From Phage NC-G: a stretch of DNA of 64,000 bases. Position 1 is the first letter of the stretch. Each line of letters begins with the position of its first letter. Position numbers and translations under genes: made by a program. The notes under the pieces are model-generated. The model saw only the letters and a program-made list of their open reading frames with translations, was not told the origin of the DNA and searched no databases. Location of the stretch: the sequence record MK310184. One strand, 5' to 3'. Positions 52,095 to 61,078 of the stretch are shown in pieces.

Positions 52095-53912
52095 TTACGA
52101 CATCCAAGCCTTACGGAGTTGAGGGTCGTTTCCAAGGAGCATTTCGAACTGTTCTTTCCAATCTTCAGGCAATTGAACCACATCAAATTTAGGGTCTTGA
52201 ATCATTCGACGGTATTCGGCCTTCTCAAGAGAACCGAGCCCTTTAATATAACGAATAGAATGTTTAGGTAGAGAGTCCTTAGCTTTGGTATAACTAGGAA
52301 CGTCATAAAACCATTCTTGTTCTTTACCAATCTGAGCAATAATTACAGGAGTCTTACAGAAACGAATTCGTCCTTGTTCGAATAATTCAGGCCATTGGCT
52401 AAAGAAGGCTAATAACGAAGGATAAATCGAACCAGTACCATCCACATCGGCGTCAGTCATGATAGCAATATTACGATAGTTGGTTTTATCTGCAGGTTCA
52501 CCAATAACCAGTCCAGTGATTGCACAGATATCAAACAATTCTTTGTTCTTCATGATATCGGCAGCAGTCATACCCCAGGTATTCATAACCTTTCCGCGTA
52601 ACGGATAACCGCCTTGGAGGTCTTTATTACGAACTTCAATGAAAGGACCCATTGCAGAATCACCTTCCGTAAGGAACAAAGTCGTATCAGCATCTTTGCC
52701 ATACATATTGGCTTTAATATGCTTATGGACCTTGGCTTTCAAAGCTTTCTTAGCAGCTTTTGTTTCGGCGGCTTTTTCAGCAGCGAGTTTACGTGCTAAA
52801 GCTGCTTCGACAATAGGCATAATCAACCCATCAACTTTAAGAATAGCCGTTGCAATTTTCTTAGCATCAATTTGGATATGGTTACGAATCTCACCAAACG
52901 GAGAGGTTAATCGCTCTTTAGTCTGTGAATCAAAACGCATATTGCTCATATCACGAATGAACATTACCATCGTAAGGCATTCTTTAACACGAGCCTTAGT
53001 TACTTCGATTCCTTTATATTTCTTTTTAATACCGGGTAGAAGGTGCTCACAGATATCATCGAACACACATTCAACGTGGTGGCCGCCATTCTTAGTATGG
53101 ATATTGTTTACATACGTCAGTTGACGGAACCCGTCAGGAGAAGGAGTAAATGCCATCGAAACATTATCAGTTTCCTGGATTACAAAGTCTTCACCAAATT
53201 GCTTAGCATACTTTTTAAAGTTGCCATCTACTTTTTTACCATTAAAAGTAAATTGGATATCTGGATAAATTACAGCCAGTGTTTGAAGACGGTCTAGTGT
53301 AATATCCAGATAAATTTGAGACAGACTATTTTCTTCGAAATGGTTAAAGTCTGGGGTGAATATAACCGAAGTACCCTTACCTTTAGATTTCTTAGTAGAC
53401 CAACCTTTGTTTTCCATTCCATTGGAACAGTTAACAGTAATCTCATTCTCGCCATCAGAGGTGATGCCTGTGAACAAAACAGAGAAGATATTAGTTAAAC
53501 TACTACCAACACCGTTCATACCACCTGTCTTACGCTCAGCGTCATCTCCAAAGTTACCACCGGCCTTTGGAATAGTCCATGCAGCTACAGGACCTGGAAT
53601 CTGTTCACCGTTTTGGTCAGTAACCATTGCTTGAGGAATACCACGCCCATTATCAGAAACCGAAACCTGGTTATTCTTAATTTGAACATCAATTTTATTT
53701 GCGAATTTAAAATTGGTACGAATAGCTTCATCGACAGAGTTATCAATGATTTCGTCAATTAATTTAACCAGTCCAGGAACATAGTTCACCTGGGTAAAAT
53801 TACCAAACAGGAATCGACCGTGAGCTTCATTAGCACTGGAGCCAATATACATCCCACTACGTTTTTTGATATGTTCAATGTCGGACAGTACTTTAATTTC
53901 ATTCTTAATCAT
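52095..53912 (-). CDS. 39: DNA topoisomerase II large subunit (GyrB-like), single unsplit ORF
   Basis: 605 aa containing the ATPase domain and a C-terminal Toprim region (TEGDSA, TDADVDG) in one frame. Confidence 0.9.
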   Translation of the reverse strand: MIKNEIKVLSDIEHIKKRSGMYIGSSANEAHGRFLFGNFTQVNYVPGLVKLIDEIIDNSVDEAIRTNFKFANKIDVQIKNNQVSVSDNGRGIPQAMVTDQNGEQIPGPVAAWTIPKAGGNFGDDAERKTGGMNGVGSSLTNIFSVLFTGITSDGENEITVNCSNGMENKGWSTKKSKGKGTSVIFTPDFNHFEENSLSQIYLDITLDRLQTLAVIYPDIQFTFNGKKVDGNFKKYAKQFGEDFVIQETDNVSMAFTPSPDGFRQLTYVNNIHTKNGGHHVECVFDDICEHLLPGIKKKYKGIEVTKARVKECLTMVMFIRDMSNMRFDSQTKERLTSPFGEIRNHIQIDAKKIATAILKVDGLIMPIVEAALARKLAAEKAAETKAAKKALKAKVHKHIKANMYGKDADTTLFLTEGDSAMGPFIEVRNKDLQGGYPLRGKVMNTWGMTAADIMKNKELFDICAITGLVIGEPADKTNYRNIAIMTDADVDGTGSIYPSLLAFFSQWPELFEQGRIRFCKTPVIIAQIGKEQEWFYDVPSYTKAKDSLPKHSIRYIKGLGSLEKAEYRRMIQDPKFDVVQLPEDWKEQFEMLLGNDPQLRKAWMS

Positions 53913-53936
53913 GTTATTTCCTCATGTAGTAGGAGA

Positions 53937-53964
53937 ATATTATCCCATTTCACTTAAAGCATAA
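53937..53964 (-). promoter_or_regulatory. Candidate MotA-dependent middle promoter for gene 39
   Basis: Minus strand ttaTGCTTTA, 12 nt, TAATAT, directly after a hairpin. Confidence 0.5.
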
Positions 53965-53966
53965 AA

Positions 53967-53978
53967 GGGCCGAAGCCC
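53967..53978 (-). terminator. C(UUCG)G hairpin
   Basis: Minus strand gggc-uucg-gccc followed by TTTTAT. Confidence 0.5.
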
Positions 53979-54239
53979 TTAATCAAATCGAATAGTAGAC
54001 TTTTTAAAGAATAATCCAGAACAAACCGTTCCTTCAACCCTTTTACCTGTCGGCCCTACAGCAATAAAGCCTGTACGTTGGAAATCATCTTCAGAACAAC
54101 CGAATAGGTTATATCCTGTGATTTGGATTTGTTCGTAGCCATTTGCATCTAATACACGGGTAGCATTATCGGCATCAGTACAACCAACCAACGAAACTGC
54201 TAGTACAAGAGCTGCAATAGAACGATTAACATATTTCAT
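53979..54239 (-). CDS. Small lipoprotein (86 aa)
   Basis: Signal peptide ending in the lipobox LVGC. Confidence 0.55.
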   Translation of the reverse strand: MKYVNRSIAALVLAVSLVGCTDADNATRVLDANGYEQIQITGYNLFGCSEDDFQRTGFIAVGPTGKRVEGTVCSGLFFKKSTIRFD

Positions 54240-54245
54240 AATTTC

Positions 54246-54422
54246 TCACTTAGTTAGTAGGTCGTAAAACCCGCCGTTAACATGTTTAGGAGCCGAGACT
54301 AACCGAACAGCCAGCCGATGGCAATCAGGGCAAATATCATTATCTCTTTCAGAGATTTTCTTGATTTTTTCGTATTCTTTTGCACAGTCTTCAGATTGGC
54401 ATTTGTAATCATAAAGTGGCAT
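54246..54422 (-). CDS. FmdB-type zinc-ribbon protein (58 aa), absent from the ORF track
   Basis: Hand translation gives MPLYDYKCQSEDCAKEYEKIKKISERDNDICPDCHRLAVRLVSAPKHVNGGFYDLLTK; CxxC...CPxC with the MP.Y.Y.C start typical of that family. Confidence 0.55.
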   Translation of the reverse strand: MPLYDYKCQSEDCAKEYEKIKKISERDNDICPDCHRLAVRLVSAPKHVNGGFYDLLTK

Positions 54423-54428
54423 CTTCTA

Positions 54429-54800
54429 TTATTCCTTAAAGTGAGCTTTCAGCATCTGGTAAACTGTCCAGGCTTCAGAATTATTAGAGATAGTGATTTT
54501 AGTCAAAGGGAAATCACTCGGTTCCGATGGGCCCACGTCTTCGCATTCATCTTCAGTATCGTCATCTTTTTCTTCTTCAAAGAAACGACGCTCATCTTTC
54601 TTTATGAATAGGCTCGTAAATTCACCAGTTGATAATTCCATTTTATACACATCACCATCTTCAATTCTGACTGGTCTAAATCCCTCGCCATTGATTATAG
54701 TATTGGCTATATTATCATTATCTGTACATAGCAAACGGAATTTGCTTTCAGCATCATTATCTTTAAAATAATACCACTTATCAGTTTCAAATTTGGTCAT
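54429..54800 (-). CDS. Hypothetical protein (about 123 aa, start MTKFETDKWYY)
   Basis: ORF; the track start overlaps the upstream gene. Confidence 0.45.
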   Translation of the reverse strand: MTKFETDKWYYFKDNDAESKFRLLCTDNDNIANTIINGEGFRPVRIEDGDVYKMELSTGEFTSLFIKKDERRFFEEEKDDDTEDECEDVGPSEPSDFPLTKITISNNSEAWTVYQMLKAHFKE

Positions 54801-55011
54801 TATAAGTTTCCTTCCAGAAGTCGGTGCCTTCAGCAGTGATTTCACGGAACACTGCATAGATAGGATTTTTATCACCTTGATTTTTGTATACATAAACCGA
54901 CGATAAATGAGAAAATGTATCAGAATGTTCCTTTTGAACCACGATTAAATCAGGGTTGAACAGAACGTCTTCAAATTCTTCACGGGTCGAGTTCACGGTA
55001 ACTTTAGCCAT
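54787..55011 (-). CDS. Hypothetical protein (74 aa)
   Basis: ORF preceded by a promoter cassette. Confidence 0.5.
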   Translation of the reverse strand: MAKVTVNSTREEFEDVLFNPDLIVVQKEHSDTFSHLSSVYVYKNQGDKNPIYAVFREITAEGTDFWKETYNDQI

Positions 55012-55084
55012 TTTATTTTCCTCTCATTTGTTGATAGGGTAATCTTATCACTACCCTATATTGTTGTACACTACTTTTTAAACT

Positions 55085-55588
55085 TTATGCACGATGAATA
55101 TTGGCATACTCGACGATAAAGCTTTCAGGAACCACCTTAAAGGTTCCAAGGAACACGATGTTATAGAGCTTAACGCCTTCTTCAACCCACTGGTCAGTGA
55201 TGTACCCAGACATGCTAGTGGTTTCGTAAGTACCAAACTCTCCATCAATATATTCAAACGGTTTATGTGAAACGAAAAAGACGCCTTGACCTAATTTCCA
55301 TTTGAAATCAACACCAACATGAGACTGATCGATGGTTTCAACTTCTTCAACTACAGGAGCGACACATCCAGTAAATTCAGTTGATTCCAGGAATTTAGAA
55401 CGCACGTAGCCGAATTGTGTTTCCGTCTGGCCATTTTTAGGAATAATACGTACTTTTACTTCAGCGTTTTCAGGTCTGACACCTTCTTTAAGTTGAATAC
55501 TAACAACTTCAACTAAACGGCCTGCAGCTTTTGAACGAGATTGTTTGGATACGCGAACGATACCACCGATATCGGAAATAGTAATCAT
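55085..55588 (-). CDS. Hypothetical protein (167 aa; motB position) sharing a C-terminal module with its neighbour
   Basis: C-terminal ITDQWVEEGVKLYNIVFLGTFKVVPESFIV is paralogous to the end of the 248 aa neighbour. Confidence 0.5.
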   Translation of the reverse strand: MITISDIGGIVRVSKQSRSKAAGRLVEVVSIQLKEGVRPENAEVKVRIIPKNGQTETQFGYVRSKFLESTEFTGCVAPVVEEVETIDQSHVGVDFKWKLGQGVFFVSHKPFEYIDGEFGTYETTSMSGYITDQWVEEGVKLYNIVFLGTFKVVPESFIVEYANIHRA

Positions 55589-55661
55589 AATTTTTCTCTC
55601 TTGGTTAAAGGTTTATTCTCCATGAGAGCCATTATAACATGGCTCTCGATAAAGTAAACTA

Positions 55662-56408
55662 TTAGTTCAAAACATTCACAACTGCACTACGAGGTACTAC
55701 ACTAAAATCACCTGCATGGACTACGTTCAGGAGCTCGACACCATCTTCAATCCATTGGTCTGTTACCCACCCACAGATAGGATTATCAAAAGGACGACGG
55801 ACGCTTACTGGCTTACACAACAAATCGGACGGGTCTTGTTCTTCAACTTCTTGGAACAGGATTAACTCTGCTTCATAAACCAGGTTTTTCTCTACTTTGT
55901 TATTATCTAACCGGCGGCCGTGGATGACGTAAGATTTGGCAAACCAGTCACTTTTGGTAAATTCTTCAACAATAAATTCGCCTTCGCCAAAAACATCAGT
56001 CAGAGTTTTATGGCCGGAAATCAAGGCCTTAGTTTTAATTTCAGGTTCAACCAGTTTGTAGGTTTTGCCGATTTCAATAGTGGTAGTCATAGTAGGTTCC
56101 TTAATTTCCAGTGGTTTAACAGGGCATACATAAGTGCTTACAACATCAAAATCGATAAGCTGCTTTGGAGCTAAACGAATAAAGGCAGCCATTTCTCGTT
56201 GCGACAATCGAATAGTATGGATCCCGGGTCCGCCGCATTCTTGAACTGTTACAGATTTAATATTATCAAGCTCATCAGGTCCAATAGAAAGAATACGAAA
56301 TTCATTGCCTTTAGTCATCTTTTTAAGGATATCATAAGCTTGGTTGTAGAGCTTAAGTTCAGCGTACGGGGTAACGATGTATTTGGCATTCAGATCAAAA
56401 GTATTCAT
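55662..56408 (-). CDS. Hypothetical protein (248 aa) with the same C-terminal module
   Basis: C-terminal VTDQWIEDGVELLNVVHAGDFSVVPRSAVV. Confidence 0.5.
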   Translation of the reverse strand: MNTFDLNAKYIVTPYAELKLYNQAYDILKKMTKGNEFRILSIGPDELDNIKSVTVQECGGPGIHTIRLSQREMAAFIRLAPKQLIDFDVVSTYVCPVKPLEIKEPTMTTTIEIGKTYKLVEPEIKTKALISGHKTLTDVFGEGEFIVEEFTKSDWFAKSYVIHGRRLDNNKVEKNLVYEAELILFQEVEEQDPSDLLCKPVSVRRPFDNPICGWVTDQWIEDGVELLNVVHAGDFSVVPRSAVVNVLN

Positions 56409-56914
56409 AATTGTCTCATTTCAATAAAATCTACGAGTTCAGCATGGGATTTGCGGAACATTACTTGGTGGTCACCAATGACAACCTCATCTTCAGGTAT
56501 TTCGTAAACAGCAAGATAGAATCCTTTAGAAGATAATTCTTCTCGCTCTTCATGACTGAACCAGCGCATCATATCATACTCACTGGCAAAAGCAAAATGA
56601 TAGAGGTGAACAAACCAACTAGGTATATAGTTATCTACACCATTATAATCAGGGCGACCCCACTTAGTATTAATTGCTCTATTAGAATTCGCAACCAACA
56701 ATTTATCTTGGGATGGTACCGGGATATTTTTAGTATTGCTATGATGGTGTCTAAAATCAGGTTTATTATAACCCGCTTCTAATAACCATCCTTCACTCCA
56801 CTCGTCGAATAATCCGCTATATGGTGTTAACTGACGACTCGCCTGTCTGGTGATTGCGATAGCGTTTCTGTCATCTAAAACACTGAATGATGATTCAACT
56901 CTATAAATTTTCAT
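56405..56914 (-). CDS. Hypothetical protein (169 aa)
   Basis: ORF preceded by a promoter cassette. Confidence 0.5.
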   Translation of the reverse strand: MKIYRVESSFSVLDDRNAIAITRQASRQLTPYSGLFDEWSEGWLLEAGYNKPDFRHHHSNTKNIPVPSQDKLLVANSNRAINTKWGRPDYNGVDNYIPSWFVHLYHFAFASEYDMMRWFSHEEREELSSKGFYLAVYEIPEDEVVIGDHQVMFRKSHAELVDFIEMRQL

Positions 56915-56973
56915 TTTGTTCTCCTCATGTTGATAGGGCTATAGTATCATGTCATGAGGAGAAGTAAACACTT

Positions 56974-57648
56974 TTATCGATTTTTTACACTCAAAGGGTC
57001 TGGATTCTCAGGGACATCTTCCAGGCTTAAAGCGTATCGTTGGGCGTATTTAAGCATCAAGATATCCTTAGCACAGTCATGAATAGAGTCATGAGCTACA
57101 AAGCCACTCAATGTTCCATTAGGCAGCGGACACATGCTTAACCCACGAGTCAACGAGTACGCTTCAATAGCAGTACGGATATCGCGTTGGTTCCAGAATT
57201 TAACAGGTTCTAACTTAGAGGTATCGATTTCATTCTCAGGAACACCTTCAGAACGGTATGCATCACGGATTAGGTCGACCAAGATTGGAAAATCAAAGGA
57301 CATTCCACGACACCACATCTGGGATTTCCATTGGTCTACTTCGTTTTTGCGACAGTATTCTAAGAAGTTACCAAGCCCAATAGAAGTAGACACATCAATT
57401 TCAGACGGGGCCAGGTTTTTACGTGCTTCAGGCCCTTGTTCTTTCCACCATTGGAGAGTGCTTTTAGAGAACAGACGTTTATCACGTTGAGAAGCCAAAT
57501 CGAATTTAATACGAAGGCCTCGTTGAGTAAGCTCTTCAAACGATTCTACTACCTCTGGATTAGGGTCATAAGCAATTACGGCGAGGTCAATAACCGCCGC
57601 ATTTTGGGTAGCGGCAAAGGTTTCGAAGTCAATAATTATATCTTTCAT
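56974..57648 (-). CDS. dexA: Exonuclease A (DEDDh 3'-5' exonuclease)
   Basis: N-terminal IIDFETF (DxE exonuclease motif I); 224 aa; T4 dexA position. Confidence 0.8.
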   Translation of the reverse strand: MKDIIIDFETFAATQNAAVIDLAVIAYDPNPEVVESFEELTQRGLRIKFDLASQRDKRLFSKSTLQWWKEQGPEARKNLAPSEIDVSTSIGLGNFLEYCRKNEVDQWKSQMWCRGMSFDFPILVDLIRDAYRSEGVPENEIDTSKLEPVKFWNQRDIRTAIEAYSLTRGLSMCPLPNGTLSGFVAHDSIHDCAKDILMLKYAQRYALSLEDVPENPDPLSVKNR

Positions 57649-57935
57649 TTAACGTACCTCATAAGGTCTCGGATTTGGCCAATAGTGTAGTCTTCAATAT
57701 AAACTGAAGAGATATTGTCGTCCATCAGATTTTGCACTGCAATAAAATCACTTTCAATCTCTTTAAGTGAATGCAAGACCTTATGAGCCTTGCCACGAAT
57801 ATTTGTATCGTCTTGGTTGACCTTAATAATATATTCTGTTTCAAATTTCAACTTATAAAACTGGTCTTTAGTTACTTTAATCATATTTTCCTCAAACGTA
57901 GTAGGCGTCAGTACGAGCACGAGTAATACTAACAT
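57645..57935 (-). CDS. Hypothetical protein (96 aa)
   Basis: ORF. Confidence 0.45.
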   Translation of the reverse strand: MLVLLVLVLTPTTFEENMIKVTKDQFYKLKFETEYIIKVNQDDTNIRGKAHKVLHSLKEIESDFIAVQNLMDDNISSVYIEDYTIGQIRDLMRYVK

Positions 57936-59223
57936 AAGCCAGCTGTGAAGCTAAATTCACATCAGCCATATGCATGCATGGAGTATAGATAAAACTGTTC
58001 TGGACTGTAAGTCCTTGGGATTTATGAACAGTGCTCACAGGAAGAGCTCGAACCTTAGTAAACATTCGCTTGGCTTTCCAGAAATCAGCCCACTTAGGTT
58101 TCTTACCGGTTCCACGCATAGCCTTATACTCAGTAGCAACCTTAGCCAAGAAATAATGGAACTTCTCAACTGAAGCCTCATCGATAACCTTTAAATGCTC
58201 TACATAGTACTCGTCGTCTTCATCAACAGATTCTACTTGTAGGTCCCAGTAGTTAATCATTTGTCGAGTGCCTACATCCTTAGCAGACAAGAACAATGAG
58301 GTGTGGTTCACATCTAGAATACGAACCATTTGACCGTTATTAAAAATGGTTTCAGAGAATTTCTTACCATCGTATTCAAGTTCCTTCATAAAAGGCTCTT
58401 GCATCACTAGGATTTCACCCTTAATATAAGGCGCATCGGTTTCATAAAGCTTTTTACGAATAATGCTATTCAGCTTTTCAACCGATTTATTTGTATAAGC
58501 AAACATCCTATTCTCAAACAAGTCATCCGCGTCTTTTACAATGGAAAAATAATTCATCATAAAATCTTTTAAAGCAGTTTGAGATTTAAAACCGTGGACA
58601 CCATGTCCTTCGAATACACAATCTCTAAACCAACCACCATTACGGATTTCAGTAGCAACCTCAATGATAGGAGCATTACTACGCATCACTTCAGTCAGAT
58701 GTAGCTGTTTAATTTTAGGATGAGTAAAGAACGGAGATAACTGCGGACTTCCATCACTTCCGGGTTCTACCGGTTGTAGCTGAGCTCTGTCGCCAATCCC
58801 TAATACAGTGCACCATGGTGGCACGGAGGATTCAATAATCTTAAACAGCTTACCGTCAATCATCGAGCCTTCATCAACAACTAACACATTGCATTTGCTC
58901 AAGTCAGGAGCTTCGCGTTGTTCGAAGATATCCTGGTCTTCATATGTAGTAGGGTTAATTTTTAGAATTCTATGGATTGTTGATGCTTCTTGACCTGCGA
59001 GTTTCGACAACACCTTTTTGGCCGCATGAGTAGGTGCAGTCAAAATAACTCCGAGTTCACCGTTCTTGACTAAGTGGTCAAGGATAAATTTAGTAAGGGT
59101 TGTTTTACCTGTACCGGCTGGGCCGTTCAATGTAATCCATTCACCCTTACGTCGTTTAATAGCTTCAATGATTTCTTTAAAGGCCGTCCTCTGGCCGATG
59201 TTCAAGTCTTCAAATGTAATCAT
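57892..59223 (-). CDS. dda: Dda DNA helicase (SF1B)
   Basis: NGPAGTGKTTLTKFI, ILTAPTHAAKK and VDEGSMID match T4 Dda. Confidence 0.92.
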   Translation of the reverse strand: MITFEDLNIGQRTAFKEIIEAIKRRKGEWITLNGPAGTGKTTLTKFILDHLVKNGELGVILTAPTHAAKKVLSKLAGQEASTIHRILKINPTTYEDQDIFEQREAPDLSKCNVLVVDEGSMIDGKLFKIIESSVPPWCTVLGIGDRAQLQPVEPGSDGSPQLSPFFTHPKIKQLHLTEVMRSNAPIIEVATEIRNGGWFRDCVFEGHGVHGFKSQTALKDFMMNYFSIVKDADDLFENRMFAYTNKSVEKLNSIIRKKLYETDAPYIKGEILVMQEPFMKELEYDGKKFSETIFNNGQMVRILDVNHTSLFLSAKDVGTRQMINYWDLQVESVDEDDEYYVEHLKVIDEASVEKFHYFLAKVATEYKAMRGTGKKPKWADFWKAKRMFTKVRALPVSTVHKSQGLTVQNSFIYTPCMHMADVNLASQLAYVSITRARTDAYYV

Positions 59224-59519
59224 GCCAATTTTACTCGCTTAACATATAAAGTGTCTAAAACTAATTTAAGTTCTCGGGCTCGTTCTTCGGTAGGATATAC
59301 TGTTTTAGTTTCCCACTTATCAAACCACCATTTTCTAGGTGTGCACACCGTTTCAAGGCGTCCAAGCCGAAGATATCTTTTTGTTGTCATTTCATAAACG
59401 GATAGAGCTGTGTCGGCTCCAATCTTTGTCGAATACAAAGTCACTTCACCGGCCTCTTCTAATGGAATTTCATACCCGTCTTTGTCCTTGTGAACTAATA
59501 CGTATGCATAGTACATCAC
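59220..59519 (-). CDS. Hypothetical protein (99 aa; dda.1 position)
   Basis: ORF. Confidence 0.5.
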   Translation of the reverse strand: MMYYAYVLVHKDKDGYEIPLEEAGEVTLYSTKIGADTALSVYEMTTKRYLRLGRLETVCTPRKWWFDKWETKTVYPTEERARELKLVLDTLYVKRVKLA

Positions 59520-59520
59520 G

Positions 59521-60285
59521 TTAACCTCTAATCAATGAAAAAATTGAAGCATTCAGCGGAAGACCTTTTTTCAACTTCATTTTGTCAATAAAAGAAAGGT
59601 GTTCTAAACGCTCCAGACCTTGAATAATTTTATCATACATATCGTAACGCGTTTCTGCTTCAGACAATTTAAACTTAACCCGCCAATCAGGCCCACCAAT
59701 TAAAGATTTAAGACCCTTTTCCATAGTACCGATTGAAGCATTAGAGCCATGGATACGGGCTTTAATCGCGATGACAGAAGGGGTCTTATCGGTAGCTCCT
59801 GATTTAATAAGGTCCTTAAGACGTTTTTCACGCTTTTTAAGGCCTCTTTGGGTATCTTTAATATTTTTAACTATTTTACGAATTTTATAATAATTATCGG
59901 GGGTTACTTTAAAACTATTAGGCATTTTAGAACTACCTGAAATACGAACTGCTAAACGAGTCTGGGCACGTTTCAGTTCATCAAGGGACAAATCGGCACG
60001 TAAGCTGTTATACTTAACTTTAACTGGGATTACATTACCCTCAATATAGCCGATATCGTTGTTAAAACGTTCAAATGAAATCTTGTCATTAACTGAATTT
60101 TCATCAAAGTACTCGCCTGAATAAGCACACACTTTTTGTTCGAGAAGTCTACGAACATACTTACTAGACAGATTGAAGTCCTTACCGCGTTTATAAGCAG
60201 AAGCTTTGGTGTGTTTGCGGCGGTTGTAAACCTTTAACTCAAATTCATCGTTAGTTTTAATAGTAGGCATGATATTTTTTCTCAT
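59521..60285 (-). CDS. Hypothetical basic protein (254 aa; srd position) with an HNH-like segment
   Basis: Segment CAYSGEYFD...SFERFNNDIGYIEGNVIPV resembles ER.D...GY..GNV signatures of some HNH-type nucleases. Confidence 0.4.
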   Translation of the reverse strand: MRKNIMPTIKTNDEFELKVYNRRKHTKASAYKRGKDFNLSSKYVRRLLEQKVCAYSGEYFDENSVNDKISFERFNNDIGYIEGNVIPVKVKYNSLRADLSLDELKRAQTRLAVRISGSSKMPNSFKVTPDNYYKIRKIVKNIKDTQRGLKKREKRLKDLIKSGATDKTPSVIAIKARIHGSNASIGTMEKGLKSLIGGPDWRVKFKLSEAETRYDMYDKIIQGLERLEHLSFIDKMKLKKGLPLNASIFSLIRG

Positions 60286-60311
60286 CTTACGGACGATTAG
60301 TTGATAGGTCT

Positions 60312-60340
60312 ATAGTATCATGTTGCTTAATAAAGTAAAC
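60312..60340 (-). promoter_or_regulatory. Early promoter
   Basis: Minus strand GTTTAC, 17 nt, TACTAT-AGACCTATCAA. Confidence 0.5.
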
Positions 60341-60344
60341 ACTT

Positions 60345-60372
60345 TTTTGCTTTAAATTTTCGACGGTATAAT
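60345..60372 (+). promoter_or_regulatory. Middle-promoter-like element on the plus strand, antisense to the mod gene
   Basis: tttTGCTTTA, 12 nt, TATAAT on the plus strand with no plus-strand gene downstream. Confidence 0.3.
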
Positions 60373-60409
60373 GAATCAAGGACTTTGCCTTTCAATTAAA
60401 CCGGGTGGT

Positions 60410-61024
60410 TCAGTAAGAAAGAACGGAAAGATTCCAAATGGTGTAATTATTCCATTTAGGATTTCTCTCAATAGAGTCTACGCGCAGCGTAGTTCCCGCA
60501 GGGAACATCATCTCATCTTCATCATTGATTAATTGTAAGTTTGCTACACGGGTAGATTCAGGAAATGCGCCTGGGAACTCTTCAGGGGGCGCAGCACATA
60601 ACATTTTAAAGATTTCTTCCTGATAATTGTACACAAATGGCGCATCATTAATACAAAAGATATTAAATGTGCCGTAGAAGTTATAAGATGCGAAATTCCT
60701 TGCCACGTTGAAGTCTTTAGAGAAGCTCATCACACGGTCGAATTCAATTACTGCACCTACACACATTGTGGACTCTAGATACTTCATAGTCTTTTTAGAT
60801 ATGCCGCGATAGAGCTTATCAGGCACTACAGAAGTCATATTCTTACGAATGATTTTGTTCAAAGTTTCTTGGATAGAATCCGGTTTATTTTCCATACACT
60901 GCCAGAGCGTGCTCTGTTCTAAATCAGAATACACCTCATCAATTTCTATCTGAGTATTCTCACGGAAATCATCGCATTTGGCATTGTTGATAAATTCTGC
61001 TAATTTATGGCTTGGGTATAACAT
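60410..61024 (-). CDS. ModA/ModB-family ADP-ribosyltransferase (204 aa)
   Basis: LYRGIS...MSFSKDF...MMFPAGT pattern (Arg, S-x-S, acidic) at T4 modA/modB position. Confidence 0.7.
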   Translation of the reverse strand: MLYPSHKLAEFINNAKCDDFRENTQIEIDEVYSDLEQSTLWQCMENKPDSIQETLNKIIRKNMTSVVPDKLYRGISKKTMKYLESTMCVGAVIEFDRVMSFSKDFNVARNFASYNFYGTFNIFCINDAPFVYNYQEEIFKMLCAAPPEEFPGAFPESTRVANLQLINDEDEMMFPAGTTLRVDSIERNPKWNNYTIWNLSVLSY

Positions 61025-61078
61025 ATTATTCTCCTCAGTTGATAGAAAGATAGTACCACACGCTTCCTTGCCTGTAAA

